Source: a virus
Lineage: Duplodnaviria > Caudoviricetes
IMG/VR virus record: IMGVR_UViG_3300020016_000017
Span: 1 to 43,142 of that record
Strand: one strand, 5' to 3'
Length of the DNA stretch: 43,142 bases
The notes under the pieces are model-generated. The model was not told where the DNA came from. It did no database searches and saw only the letters and a program-made list of their open reading frames with translations. Every line of letters begins with the position of its first letter. Position 1 is the stretch's first letter. This document shows positions 14,809 to 22,897 of this stretch, one piece after another. The translations under genes were made by a program, and so were the position numbers.

Positions 14809-17050
14809 CGGCCGCCGCCCTCGGCCGCGCGTAGCCGCGAACCACTTTCCCCTCTGTTTTGAACAACTTACTCTCCCAGCCGAGCGCCCTCATGGCGTCC
14901 GCAAGGCGCCTCGCGTGGCGCGCTTCTATGTTACCGACCTTGTCGATCTCCAGCACGTTACGGAAGATGTCGACCGTCGATACGCGTAATTCGCCATGCG
15001 CGTCCTCGATGATGCCGTAGCCGGGATAGGCGCCGGCGATCGGCGTGCGCGACCGGATCGTCATCGCCTCCAGCAGCGGCTCCCACGGATCGCGCACCCG
15101 CCGCGCCTCCTGCTCGATCGCCGCGAATGGCCACAGCTCGGGCGGCAGTGTCAGGCCCTCGCCGCCCGCCTCAAGGTGCGCGGCCTCGCCCCACAGCTGC
15201 AGCCGCTCGGCGCGCAGCCGTCCGATGTCGATCGGGCGCCGCAGGCGGATCGGCCAGAAGCGCCGGTTACCGTTCTGCGCCTGCAGGTACTCGATGCTGT
15301 TCGTCGTCCCGATCTCGATCGATTGCCGCGGCTGGCGCACGAGGAAGTGCCCGTAGGCCGGCCGCGCCCGGTCCTCGGCGCGCGACGCATAGGCGCGCAC
15401 CACGTCGATGTCCGACTTGTGCAGGCCCGCCAGCTCGGCGTTCTCGTGTATCCAGATGCCGGCCAGCTGCTCCATTGCCTCGCGCGACGCCTTGCCGAGA
15501 ATGCTCTCGTCCGAGAAGTTCTCCGGCCCGCCGGCCAGCACCAGCCACGCCGTCGACTTGTTCCAGCCCTCCGGGCTCTCCAGCACCAGTATCGTGTCGA
15601 ACTTGCAGCCCGGATGGCGCGCCCGCGCCACCGCGGCGATCATCGTCTTGCGCACGCAGGCGCGCGTGTAGGGCGTGTCGTCGCAGCCGAAGTGGTCGAC
15701 CGCCATGCGGTCGAGCCGCGCGACGCCGTCCCACGACGCCTCCGCCTCCGCCAGCATTGCCGTCACCGGATTGAACGCGCGCTCCAGCGCCGCGGCCACC
15801 ACCGCGTCGCGGATGTGCTTCTCGGTGAAGTCGCGCCCGTAGGTGCGCGACACCCACCAGCGCAGCAGCGCGATGCGGTTGTCTGTGACCTCGCCGCAGA
15901 ACGCCGGGAGCGCCTCGCGCGGCGGCGTCGCCTCGCTGCGCCCGATGAACATCTTGTTGTGGAAAACGTCGTGCGAGCAGGTAAACCGCCCCGCCTCGAT
16001 CGCCAGTCGCGCGTTGTGCAGCGACGCTCGCGGCGTTCCGTTCTCGTACCGCTCGCGCCAGTTCGGCAGGTCCGGCGCGACCTCGACGCCGTGCAGCTCG
16101 GCGACCGCCGCCAGCCGCTCCGCGAACCCCTCCGGGACATGCGTCGGCGCCGCGCTCTTCGGGCAGTGCCACGTCGCCTCCTCGTTGTCGAACACGCCGA
16201 CGCAGCGCGCGACATAGCAGTCCCCGACCCGGCACTTGGTCCGGTCGTGGCTGCCGTCGATGAACGACCCCGACACCCGCAGCTCGCTGTCCGCGGCGGC
16301 CATGTCGCACAGCGTGTTGTAGTCGATCTGGTCCGGCCCGTTGTGCACGTCGAACCGCGTCGCGTCGTCGATGTCGTACACCACCGGCCCGCTCGCGCCG
16401 TCGTGGATCGGCTTCACCGCGACCAGCCCGTGCGCCTCCATGATGGCGTCGCAGGCGTCCATCAGCGGGCTCAGGTCGGCGCCCGGAAAGGTCGGCAGCT
16501 CGGCCGCCTGCGCGTCGAGGATCGTCGCGCCGTGATACCCATAGTGGCGCTCGACCCCGTCCGTGATGCTGTGCAGGCCGTGCACGCCGACGTAGCGCCG
16601 CGACAGCGTGGTGAACACCTCGACGCGGTGGCCCTTGGCCTCCGGCGTCTTGGGCACCGTTCCGGGGACCACCCAGCGCCGCGTGTTCAGGTAATGCCGC
16701 TCGGTCTCGGCGCGCCCGATCAACGCCAGCTTGGCGGCGCCCGAGTGGCGCCGCAGGCAGCGCGCCATGAAGTCCGGCCAGCGCGCCGTGAGCATCGCCA
16801 CGATCTCGTCGACCACCGCCGCGATGCGCACGTCGATGTCGATCACCACCAGCCCGCTGCCGTACATGCGGATCGCCGCGGCGCGCCCGTTCCACCGCTC
16901 GATGTCGGCCGCCTCGTTCGGCATCGTTGGCCAGCCGGGCAGCGGGTGCGCCTTGCCCTCCAGCAGCGGGATGACGTCGAAGCCGTTCGCCTTGATCTTG
17001 TGCCACACCGGGCGATAGAGCGTGATCCGCTTGGGTTTCAGTCCGGTCAC
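14789..17050 (-). CDS. Primase-helicase: N-terminal Prim-Pol (AEP) domain plus VapE-type helicase
   Basis: GTG 17050 overlaps the upstream stop; GFDVIPL..K.HP..GW and GLVVIDIDV (AEP DxD); ESPEGWNKST Walker A, WIHENAEL Walker B, GTTN...GNRRFWPI. Confidence 0.88.
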   Translation of the reverse strand: MTGLKPKRITLYRPVWHKIKANGFDVIPLLEGKAHPLPGWPTMPNEAADIERWNGRAAAIRMYGSGLVVIDIDVRIAAVVDEIVAMLTARWPDFMARCLRRHSGAAKLALIGRAETERHYLNTRRWVVPGTVPKTPEAKGHRVEVFTTLSRRYVGVHGLHSITDGVERHYGYHGATILDAQAAELPTFPGADLSPLMDACDAIMEAHGLVAVKPIHDGASGPVVYDIDDATRFDVHNGPDQIDYNTLCDMAAADSELRVSGSFIDGSHDRTKCRVGDCYVARCVGVFDNEEATWHCPKSAAPTHVPEGFAERLAAVAELHGVEVAPDLPNWRERYENGTPRASLHNARLAIEAGRFTCSHDVFHNKMFIGRSEATPPREALPAFCGEVTDNRIALLRWWVSRTYGRDFTEKHIRDAVVAAALERAFNPVTAMLAEAEASWDGVARLDRMAVDHFGCDDTPYTRACVRKTMIAAVARARHPGCKFDTILVLESPEGWNKSTAWLVLAGGPENFSDESILGKASREAMEQLAGIWIHENAELAGLHKSDIDVVRAYASRAEDRARPAYGHFLVRQPRQSIEIGTTNSIEYLQAQNGNRRFWPIRLRRPIDIGRLRAERLQLWGEAAHLEAGGEGLTLPPELWPFAAIEQEARRVRDPWEPLLEAMTIRSRTPIAGAYPGYGIIEDAHGELRVSTVDIFRNVLEIDKVGNIEARHARRLADAMRALGWESKLFKTEGKVVRGYARPRAAAEVTGNR

Positions 17051-17418
17051 GACACCTGATCCTTCTCGCAGACGGGGACATAAGGGTGCGGCGGCGACAG
17101 CGGCGCTTCCTTGCGCCACCCGATCGACGTCATGCCCTTGTGCTGCGCGATCGCCAGCGTCGAGCCTTCGCCGCAGCTCTCGCACCACAGATCGATCGCG
17201 ATGCCGTCGCGCCTGCCGCTTGGGTTTTTGTATCCGGCGTAGCGCGGCGCCACCATCACGTTGCCGTGGTGACCTATGATCGTCTCCTGCACCGGGCCGT
17301 CTTCGATCGGGCGGCTGTAGACGCGCACCTCGCCGTGGTGCAGCCACTGCTCGCCGCAGCGCGGGCAGATCAGGTCGGGTTGATTTTCGATGGATAGGGT
17401 GTCATCAAATCCAGACAT
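17047..17418 (-). CDS. Zn-ribbon hypothetical protein
   Basis: MSGFDD..., AGGAG RBS; LICPRCG...LHH and WCESCG...QHKG motifs; 123 aa. Confidence 0.7.
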   Translation of the reverse strand: MSGFDDTLSIENQPDLICPRCGEQWLHHGEVRVYSRPIEDGPVQETIIGHHGNVMVAPRYAGYKNPSGRRDGIAIDLWCESCGEGSTLAIAQHKGMTSIGWRKEAPLSPPHPYVPVCEKDQVS

Positions 17419-17450
17419 TGGTCTGGCTCCTTGTGCCAAAGGGTTCAGAT

Positions 17451-17482
17451 CGGGCCGGGGCGCCCTCCAAGCGCCTCGGCCC
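17451..17482. terminator. GC-rich stem-loop between VRR-NUC and the primase operon
   Basis: GGGCCGGGGCGC-cctccaa-GCGCCTCGGCCC; no clear U-tract. Confidence 0.4.
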
Positions 17483-17493
17483 CTCGTCCGCTG

Positions 17494-17790
17494 TCAGGGC
17501 GCGGCGAGCAGGCGATCAATATCCGCCGAATTGCGCACGAAGTAAACTTCAACACCTAGTGCCTTGAACCGATCGTAATACTGCTGCTGGTGTGGCGCGA
17601 TCCGCGAGAACCTTGGCCGCTTTATTTCCGCGAATATTATTCGCGGCCCCGGCAGCACGACTAATCGGTCGAAAAATCCCCGCTTGCCGACGCACATCAC
17701 CTTTTCGCACACCCCGCCGAGCGCGACCACGCGCGCGACCAGCTCGGCCTCGACCGCGCGCTCCTTGACAATGGCCGATCGTCCATCCAT
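17494..17790 (-). CDS. VRR-NUC domain nuclease (probable junction resolvase)
   Basis: E..VE......GG...K....RGFFDRLVVLPG.RIIFAEIKRP PD-(D/E)xK pattern. Confidence 0.85.
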   Translation of the reverse strand: MDGRSAIVKERAVEAELVARVVALGGVCEKVMCVGKRGFFDRLVVLPGPRIIFAEIKRPRFSRIAPHQQQYYDRFKALGVEVYFVRNSADIDRLLAAP

Positions 17791-17835
17791 GCTGGCAGCA
17801 GAACATCGCGACTTAAAACTGGCAAGGTGAATTTA

Positions 17836-19122
17836 ATGTCGAAGCACAGCGCCATCGTCGGCGGCTCCACCAGTGGACGCCTGCTCGCCTGCCCCGCCAG
17901 CCTGTCCCGCACCCGCGCCCTGCCGGCGACCGCCGACGCGCCCTCCGAGTACGCCGAGGAGGGCACCGCCATGCACGAAGTCATGGACGCCCTGATGGGT
18001 ATGCGCAGCGCCGACGAGGCCGCCGATCGCGCGCCGCGCGACCTGCCGCGCATGCTGCACGAGCATATGCGCGGCGTGCGCTACGGCGATCGCTACCTGA
18101 CCGACGAGCACCTCGACAGCATGATTTACCCGGCGCTGGAGCATCTCGCCACGCTGGAGCAGGAGTTCGACACCGCCGGCGCCTTCGAGGTGGTCGGCGT
18201 CGAGAGCCGCGTCACCTTCCCCGGCATCCCCGGCGCCTTCGGCACCGTCGACCTGATCCTGCAGAACGACCGCTTCACCATCTTGGTCGACTGGAAATTT
18301 GGCCAAGGCATCGGCGTGCGCACCGTCTACAGCGACGGGCAGGGCGAGATCGTCAATCCGCAGCTGATGTACTACGCGAGCGCCGCCCTCAAGACCAAGC
18401 CGCGGCTGTTCACCGGCCGCCGCATCGTCGTCGCCATCATCCAGCCGCGCTCACTGGAACCGCTCACCTTCACCGAGATCACCCGCCACGAAATCAGGAA
18501 TTTCGTGGAGGACCTGCATAATTCCGTGCTCGCCGCGGTCGACCGCGACCCGCCGATGCGCCGCGGCGAGCACTGCCGCTTCGCCCCCTGCAAGATCGCC
18601 TGCCCGCTGTGGACCGGCGCCGTGCTCGACCTGACCGCGCTGCAGGCCGGGCCGAAGCCGGCGCGCGAGCTGAACACGCAGCCGCGCCGCGTCTCGTCCT
18701 ACGGCGAGTACCTCGCCCGCGCCAAGGCGCTCACCGACACCGTGCTCCAGTTCAAGACCGAGCTGGACGCGCAGATGCACGCCTATCTGGAGAACGGCGG
18801 CGCCATTCCGGGCTGGCGCCTCAAGGCCAAGGCGACCAAGCGCCAGTGGGTCGACACCGACACCGTGGCGGGCGCGCTCGCCGACCTCGGCTTCCACCAC
18901 GACGATATCTTCGAGCCCAAGCTGGTCACTTTCCAGCGTGCCGACGCCACCGCCAAGAAGCTCGGCGTCACCATTCCCGAGGAGCTGCGCGTCGCCCCGC
19001 CGCCGAGCGGCACCACGCTCGCCACCACCGACGACCCGGCACCGGTGGTCGAGCCGGTCGCGCTGGTCGAGAAATTCGCCGCGTCACTGCGGCTCTTGCA
19101 GCAACAGCAGGCCGGCAAGTGA
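17836..19122 (+). CDS. DUF2800 / Cas4-like PD-(D/E)xK exonuclease
   Basis: HSAIVGGS...CPAS, AEEGTAMH, FGTVD...VDWKFG, NPQL..Y, GEHCRFAPCK..CP. Confidence 0.85.
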   Translation: MSKHSAIVGGSTSGRLLACPASLSRTRALPATADAPSEYAEEGTAMHEVMDALMGMRSADEAADRAPRDLPRMLHEHMRGVRYGDRYLTDEHLDSMIYPALEHLATLEQEFDTAGAFEVVGVESRVTFPGIPGAFGTVDLILQNDRFTILVDWKFGQGIGVRTVYSDGQGEIVNPQLMYYASAALKTKPRLFTGRRIVVAIIQPRSLEPLTFTEITRHEIRNFVEDLHNSVLAAVDRDPPMRRGEHCRFAPCKIACPLWTGAVLDLTALQAGPKPARELNTQPRRVSSYGEYLARAKALTDTVLQFKTELDAQMHAYLENGGAIPGWRLKAKATKRQWVDTDTVAGALADLGFHHDDIFEPKLVTFQRADATAKKLGVTIPEELRVAPPPSGTTLATTDDPAPVVEPVALVEKFAASLRLLQQQQAGK

Positions 19123-19152
19123 CTGCCGGCCGATCACAGAGGACTGCGAATT

Positions 19153-19941
19153 ATGTCTGACATCGTGAAACGCGGCGAGCAGCTGCCCGCCGACTACATC
19201 TCCCGCCTGATGTCCGGGATCGCGGAGAGCCGCGCCCAGACCATCGTCGCCGGCGGCAAGCCGTTCTTCCGCATGTCCCGCTCCGGGACCTACATTTTCG
19301 GCCAGTCGAACGAAGAGATGCAGGAGGGCTCGCGCTGGGCCGTCAACATCATGACCATGAGCCACGGCTGGAGCTGCTGGGTCGACGGCGGCCCCAATCA
19401 GGCCAATGCGCTCGCCGGCGAGGTCATGACCGCGATGACCAACCCGCTCCCGCCGCGCCCGGACCCGATCGGCGACAGCTCCTACAAGGACCAGCGCAGC
19501 TTCGAGATGAAGTGTCTCGACGGGGCCGATGCCGGCACCGAGGTGATCTACAAGATCAACTCCGTCGGCGGCATCCGCGCCGTCGCCGAGCTGCTCGACG
19601 CCATCCACGCCCAGCTGGCGCGCGCGCCGGCCTACCCCTGCCCGGTGCTGACCTTCACCTCGGACAGCTACCCGCACAAGAAGTGGGGCCAGATCTACGT
19701 CCCGATCTTCACCGTGGTGGGCTGGGCCGACATGAACGGCAACCTGCAGGGCGACGACCAGCTCGCCCTGCCGCTCGCCGATCGCGTCCCGACCACCGAG
19801 CCGACCCGCCCGGCCGCGGAACCGGCACGCAAGCGCAAGGAGCCGCTCGGAACGGCCCCCGCGGCCGCAGCGGCGCCCGTGCAGCCCGCCCCGACCGCGC
19901 AGACCCATATCGGGCAGCGCCGCCGTCCCAGCGCAGCCTGA
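19153..19941 (+). CDS. Putative single-stranded DNA-binding protein
   Basis: Lies between exonuclease and PolA, the usual SSB slot; aromatic-rich core (HGWSCW, YPHKKWGQIYVPIF..VGW) with a disordered tail. Confidence 0.55.
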   Translation: MSDIVKRGEQLPADYISRLMSGIAESRAQTIVAGGKPFFRMSRSGTYIFGQSNEEMQEGSRWAVNIMTMSHGWSCWVDGGPNQANALAGEVMTAMTNPLPPRPDPIGDSSYKDQRSFEMKCLDGADAGTEVIYKINSVGGIRAVAELLDAIHAQLARAPAYPCPVLTFTSDSYPHKKWGQIYVPIFTVVGWADMNGNLQGDDQLALPLADRVPTTEPTRPAAEPARKRKEPLGTAPAAAAAPVQPAPTAQTHIGQRRRPSAA

Positions 19942-19957
19942 GCCTTCTCTGAGCCAA

Positions 19958-19988
19958 TCCGCACGATCCGCATTGCGGATCGTGCGGA
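19958..19988. repeat. Perfect 31-bp palindrome (15-bp arms) upstream of polA
   Basis: TCCGCACGATCCGCA-T-TGCGGATCGTGCGGA. Confidence 0.95.
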
Positions 19989-20009
19989 CCCTGCGGACAG
20001 GAGGCGAGC

Positions 20010-22283
20010 ATGGCGGCGCTGGACCTTGAATACTGGCCGTTCGAGGCCCCGGAGGCCAAACGCACTAAAATGCGTTTCGCACATGCGTCCGAACGTGCAT
20101 GGGGGCCGACCTTCGACCCGGAGCGCGCTTGGGGCCCGACGTTCCCTGTTGAAAGAATTGGGTTCGTTGATTTTGAGACGCGCGGCCGGGTCGACATTGC
20201 GGCCGGCGCCTACCGTTACGCTACGGAAGCCGACGCGGTCGTGCTGTCCTACGCGATCGGCATGGGGCCGGTACGCCGAATAGCGGTTCACACTTTCCCG
20301 GCCACGCTCGACATGGTCGACCTGCCGACCGAGTTCCTCGCGTTTCACGCCAAGGTGATCAACGGCAACGGCATCTGGGCGGCGTGGAACGCTTCCTTCG
20401 ACCGCGCCATCTGGAACTACGCCGCCACCGGCTTCCCGCTGCTGGCGCCGCACCAGATCATCGACGTGATGGCGCAAGCCGTGGCCAGCGGATTGCCGCC
20501 GGACCTCTCCGCCGCGGCAGTCGCGTCGCACTCGACCAAGAAGCTGGCCAGCGGACGCGAGCTGATCCGGCTGTTCTGCCTGCCCGACAGCACCGGCACG
20601 CCGCAGAGCCACCCGGCCGAGTGGTCAGCCTTCCTCGACTACGCCGACCGCGACATCGACGCCATGCGCTCGGTGTTCCTCGGCACTCGCCAGCTGGCGC
20701 TGGCCGAGTGGCGCGAATACTGGGCCATGGAGGCGATCAACGACCGCGGCGCGGCGATCGACCTGCCGATGGTCGAGGCCGCCAGCCGGCTCGCCGCCGA
20801 GGACAAGGAACGCGCCAAGGCCGAGCTGCGCGCCATCACCGGCGACCCCCAGATGACCGTCGACATGGTCAAGCGGCTGACCGCGTGGCTTCTCGACCGG
20901 CTGCCCGAAGAGGGCCGGGCGATCATCACCAAGCGCGACGAGGAGGTCGACGAGGACGGCGTGGTCATCAGGCCGGCCAAGCACGTGCTCACCCGGCGGC
21001 AGGTCGAGCGCCTGATCGCCTACGTCAAGGACCTTAATTCCCCCGAATTAACGTCCGCCTTGCGCCTGCTGCAGATCAGGCTCTACGGCGGCTCCAAGAC
21101 CCCGGCCAAGTTCGCCAAGATGCTCGCCAGTCACGTCGACGGCGTGCTCTACGGCCAGTACGTGTTCAACGGCGCCGCCCAAACAGGTCGGGCGTCGAGC
21201 CGCGGCGTGCAGGTGCACAATCTGGCGCGCGACACGCTGCCAAACGAGCTGGCGGTGATCGATGCGATCATCGGGGGGTGCAAATATGACGACCTTTCTG
21301 CACCCCCACAGGGGTGCGCAGGCGCCCAGCCTGTGCACCCCGACCCGGTGGCGCGCCAGCTCTCGCTGCTGATCCGCCCCGCCTTCGTGCCGGCCGGCGA
21401 TAACGTGTTCGTCTGGAGCGACTGGAGCCAGATCGAGGCGCGCGTGCTGCCGTGGCTGGCCGGCGACGACCCCGGCGCGCTGGCCCGGCTGCAGGTGTTC
21501 CGCGACGTCGACGCCGACCCGACCGTGCCGGACCTCTACACCCGCACCGCCGCGGTGCTGTCGCACCTGCCGATCGAGCAGGTGACCAAGCCGGTGCGCC
21601 AGCGCGGCAAGGTCGCCGAGCTGGCGCTCGGCTTCGGCGGCGGGCTCGGCGCGCTGCAGAGCATGGCGGCCGGCTACGGCCTGCATCTGGAGGACGCCGA
21701 GGCGCGCCAGACCGTCGAGGACTGGCGCGCGGCCAACCCGTGGTGCGTCGAGTTCTGGGAAGAGCTGGAGGACGCGGTCGAGCAGGCGATGCGCCTGCCG
21801 GGGCTGCCGCAGCGCGCCGGGCGCGTCGTCTACACCTTCGCGCGTGAGTACCTCGGCGGCTCGCTGTTCTGCCAGCTGCCCTCGGGACGCTTCCTCACCT
21901 ACCGCAACCTGCACTACGAGCCGGTCGAGGAGAAGGACGACGACGGGCAGACGCTGCGTACGGTGCGCCAGCTGCGCTTCTCGCGCGGCCACGGCCGCGT
22001 CAAGCTGTGGCGCGGCATGCTGTGCGAAAACGTCGTGCAGGCGGTCGCCGCCGACGTCCTGCGTGGCACGCTGCGGCGGCTCGTCGACAGCGACTATTGC
22101 GTGCGCCTGCACACCCACGACGAAGTGCTGGTCGAGACAAACCTCTCAGAGGCTGCGTCAACCTCTGAGAGGTTGCGCGAAGTCATGCAGCGCGGCTTCG
22201 ACTGGAGCGAGGGCCTGCCGCTGATGAGCGAGGAGACGCTCGGCTATTACTACACCAAGCATGAGGGGAGCCACGGGCTATGA
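20010..22283 (+). CDS. polA: DNA polymerase family A with 3'-5' exonuclease
   Basis: ExoI DFET, ExoII AWNASFDR, ExoIII YADRD; motif A DWSQIEAR, motif B RQRGKVAELALGFG, motif C HTHDEV; AGGAGG RBS. Confidence 0.93.
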   Translation: MAALDLEYWPFEAPEAKRTKMRFAHASERAWGPTFDPERAWGPTFPVERIGFVDFETRGRVDIAAGAYRYATEADAVVLSYAIGMGPVRRIAVHTFPATLDMVDLPTEFLAFHAKVINGNGIWAAWNASFDRAIWNYAATGFPLLAPHQIIDVMAQAVASGLPPDLSAAAVASHSTKKLASGRELIRLFCLPDSTGTPQSHPAEWSAFLDYADRDIDAMRSVFLGTRQLALAEWREYWAMEAINDRGAAIDLPMVEAASRLAAEDKERAKAELRAITGDPQMTVDMVKRLTAWLLDRLPEEGRAIITKRDEEVDEDGVVIRPAKHVLTRRQVERLIAYVKDLNSPELTSALRLLQIRLYGGSKTPAKFAKMLASHVDGVLYGQYVFNGAAQTGRASSRGVQVHNLARDTLPNELAVIDAIIGGCKYDDLSAPPQGCAGAQPVHPDPVARQLSLLIRPAFVPAGDNVFVWSDWSQIEARVLPWLAGDDPGALARLQVFRDVDADPTVPDLYTRTAAVLSHLPIEQVTKPVRQRGKVAELALGFGGGLGALQSMAAGYGLHLEDAEARQTVEDWRAANPWCVEFWEELEDAVEQAMRLPGLPQRAGRVVYTFAREYLGGSLFCQLPSGRFLTYRNLHYEPVEEKDDDGQTLRTVRQLRFSRGHGRVKLWRGMLCENVVQAVAADVLRGTLRRLVDSDYCVRLHTHDEVLVETNLSEAASTSERLREVMQRGFDWSEGLPLMSEETLGYYYTKHEGSHGL

Positions 22284-22897
22284 CGCCGGAAAACAGGGAA
22301 AAATTGCGCGTGGCTAATACTACGCACGGCATGAGCCACACGGCGATCTATCGCCAGTGGCACGCGATGATCACACGCTGTACAAACCCCAACATAAATC
22401 ACTGGCACCGCTACGGCGGGCGCGGCATCACGGTGTGCGATGCGTGGCGCGATTTCACTGTTTTCTTTTCCGATATGGGTGCGAGTTGGCGAGCTGGTCT
22501 CACGATCGAGCGGATCAACAACGATGAAGGCTACGCACCGGGAAACTGCAAGTGGGCGACGCGGCAAGAGCAGGCGCGTAACAGGCGTCGCTTACGTATG
22601 CTTGATACGCCATGGGGGCGTGTAACTTTGGTCGAAGCTGCGGAACGCAGCGGCATTTGCGCCACGACGATTGCGTCTCGGATCAAAGCGAAAAGCGACC
22701 CATTTATTTTGCACAATGCCAATCTTGGCAGGAAGCACGCAAGCTACGCGCGCAGCACCGATCGCTACCTCGACACGCCATGGGGTCGGATGAACCTAGC
22801 AGACACCGCACGACGTGCCGGGCTCACACGAGATGCTTTGCTGTGGCGGCTCGGCAAGGGACTGAGCGTCGCTGAAATTGTCGGGGCGCAAGCATGA
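22280..22897 (+). CDS. Free-standing HNH-type homing endonuclease
   Basis: THGMS....Y..W..M..RC...YGGRGITVC..W..F..F..DMG...TIERINND.GY.PGNCKWAT..EQARN; two C-terminal LDTPWGR HTH-like repeats; lower GC than flanking genes. Confidence 0.8.
   Translation: MTPENREKLRVANTTHGMSHTAIYRQWHAMITRCTNPNINHWHRYGGRGITVCDAWRDFTVFFSDMGASWRAGLTIERINNDEGYAPGNCKWATRQEQARNRRRLRMLDTPWGRVTLVEAAERSGICATTIASRIKAKSDPFILHNANLGRKHASYARSTDRYLDTPWGRMNLADTARRAGLTRDALLWRLGKGLSVAEIVGAQA

Noticed and set aside
17836-19122. Cas4-like gene as a sign of a CRISPR-Cas system
   Set aside because: It is the DUF2800-type exonuclease of the exonuclease-SSB-PolA-helicase module; no cas1/cas2 or array is present.
19958-19988. Palindrome as a protelomerase (telRL) site
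   Set aside because: No protelomerase or tyrosine-recombinase gene recognised; the site is short and GC-rich.
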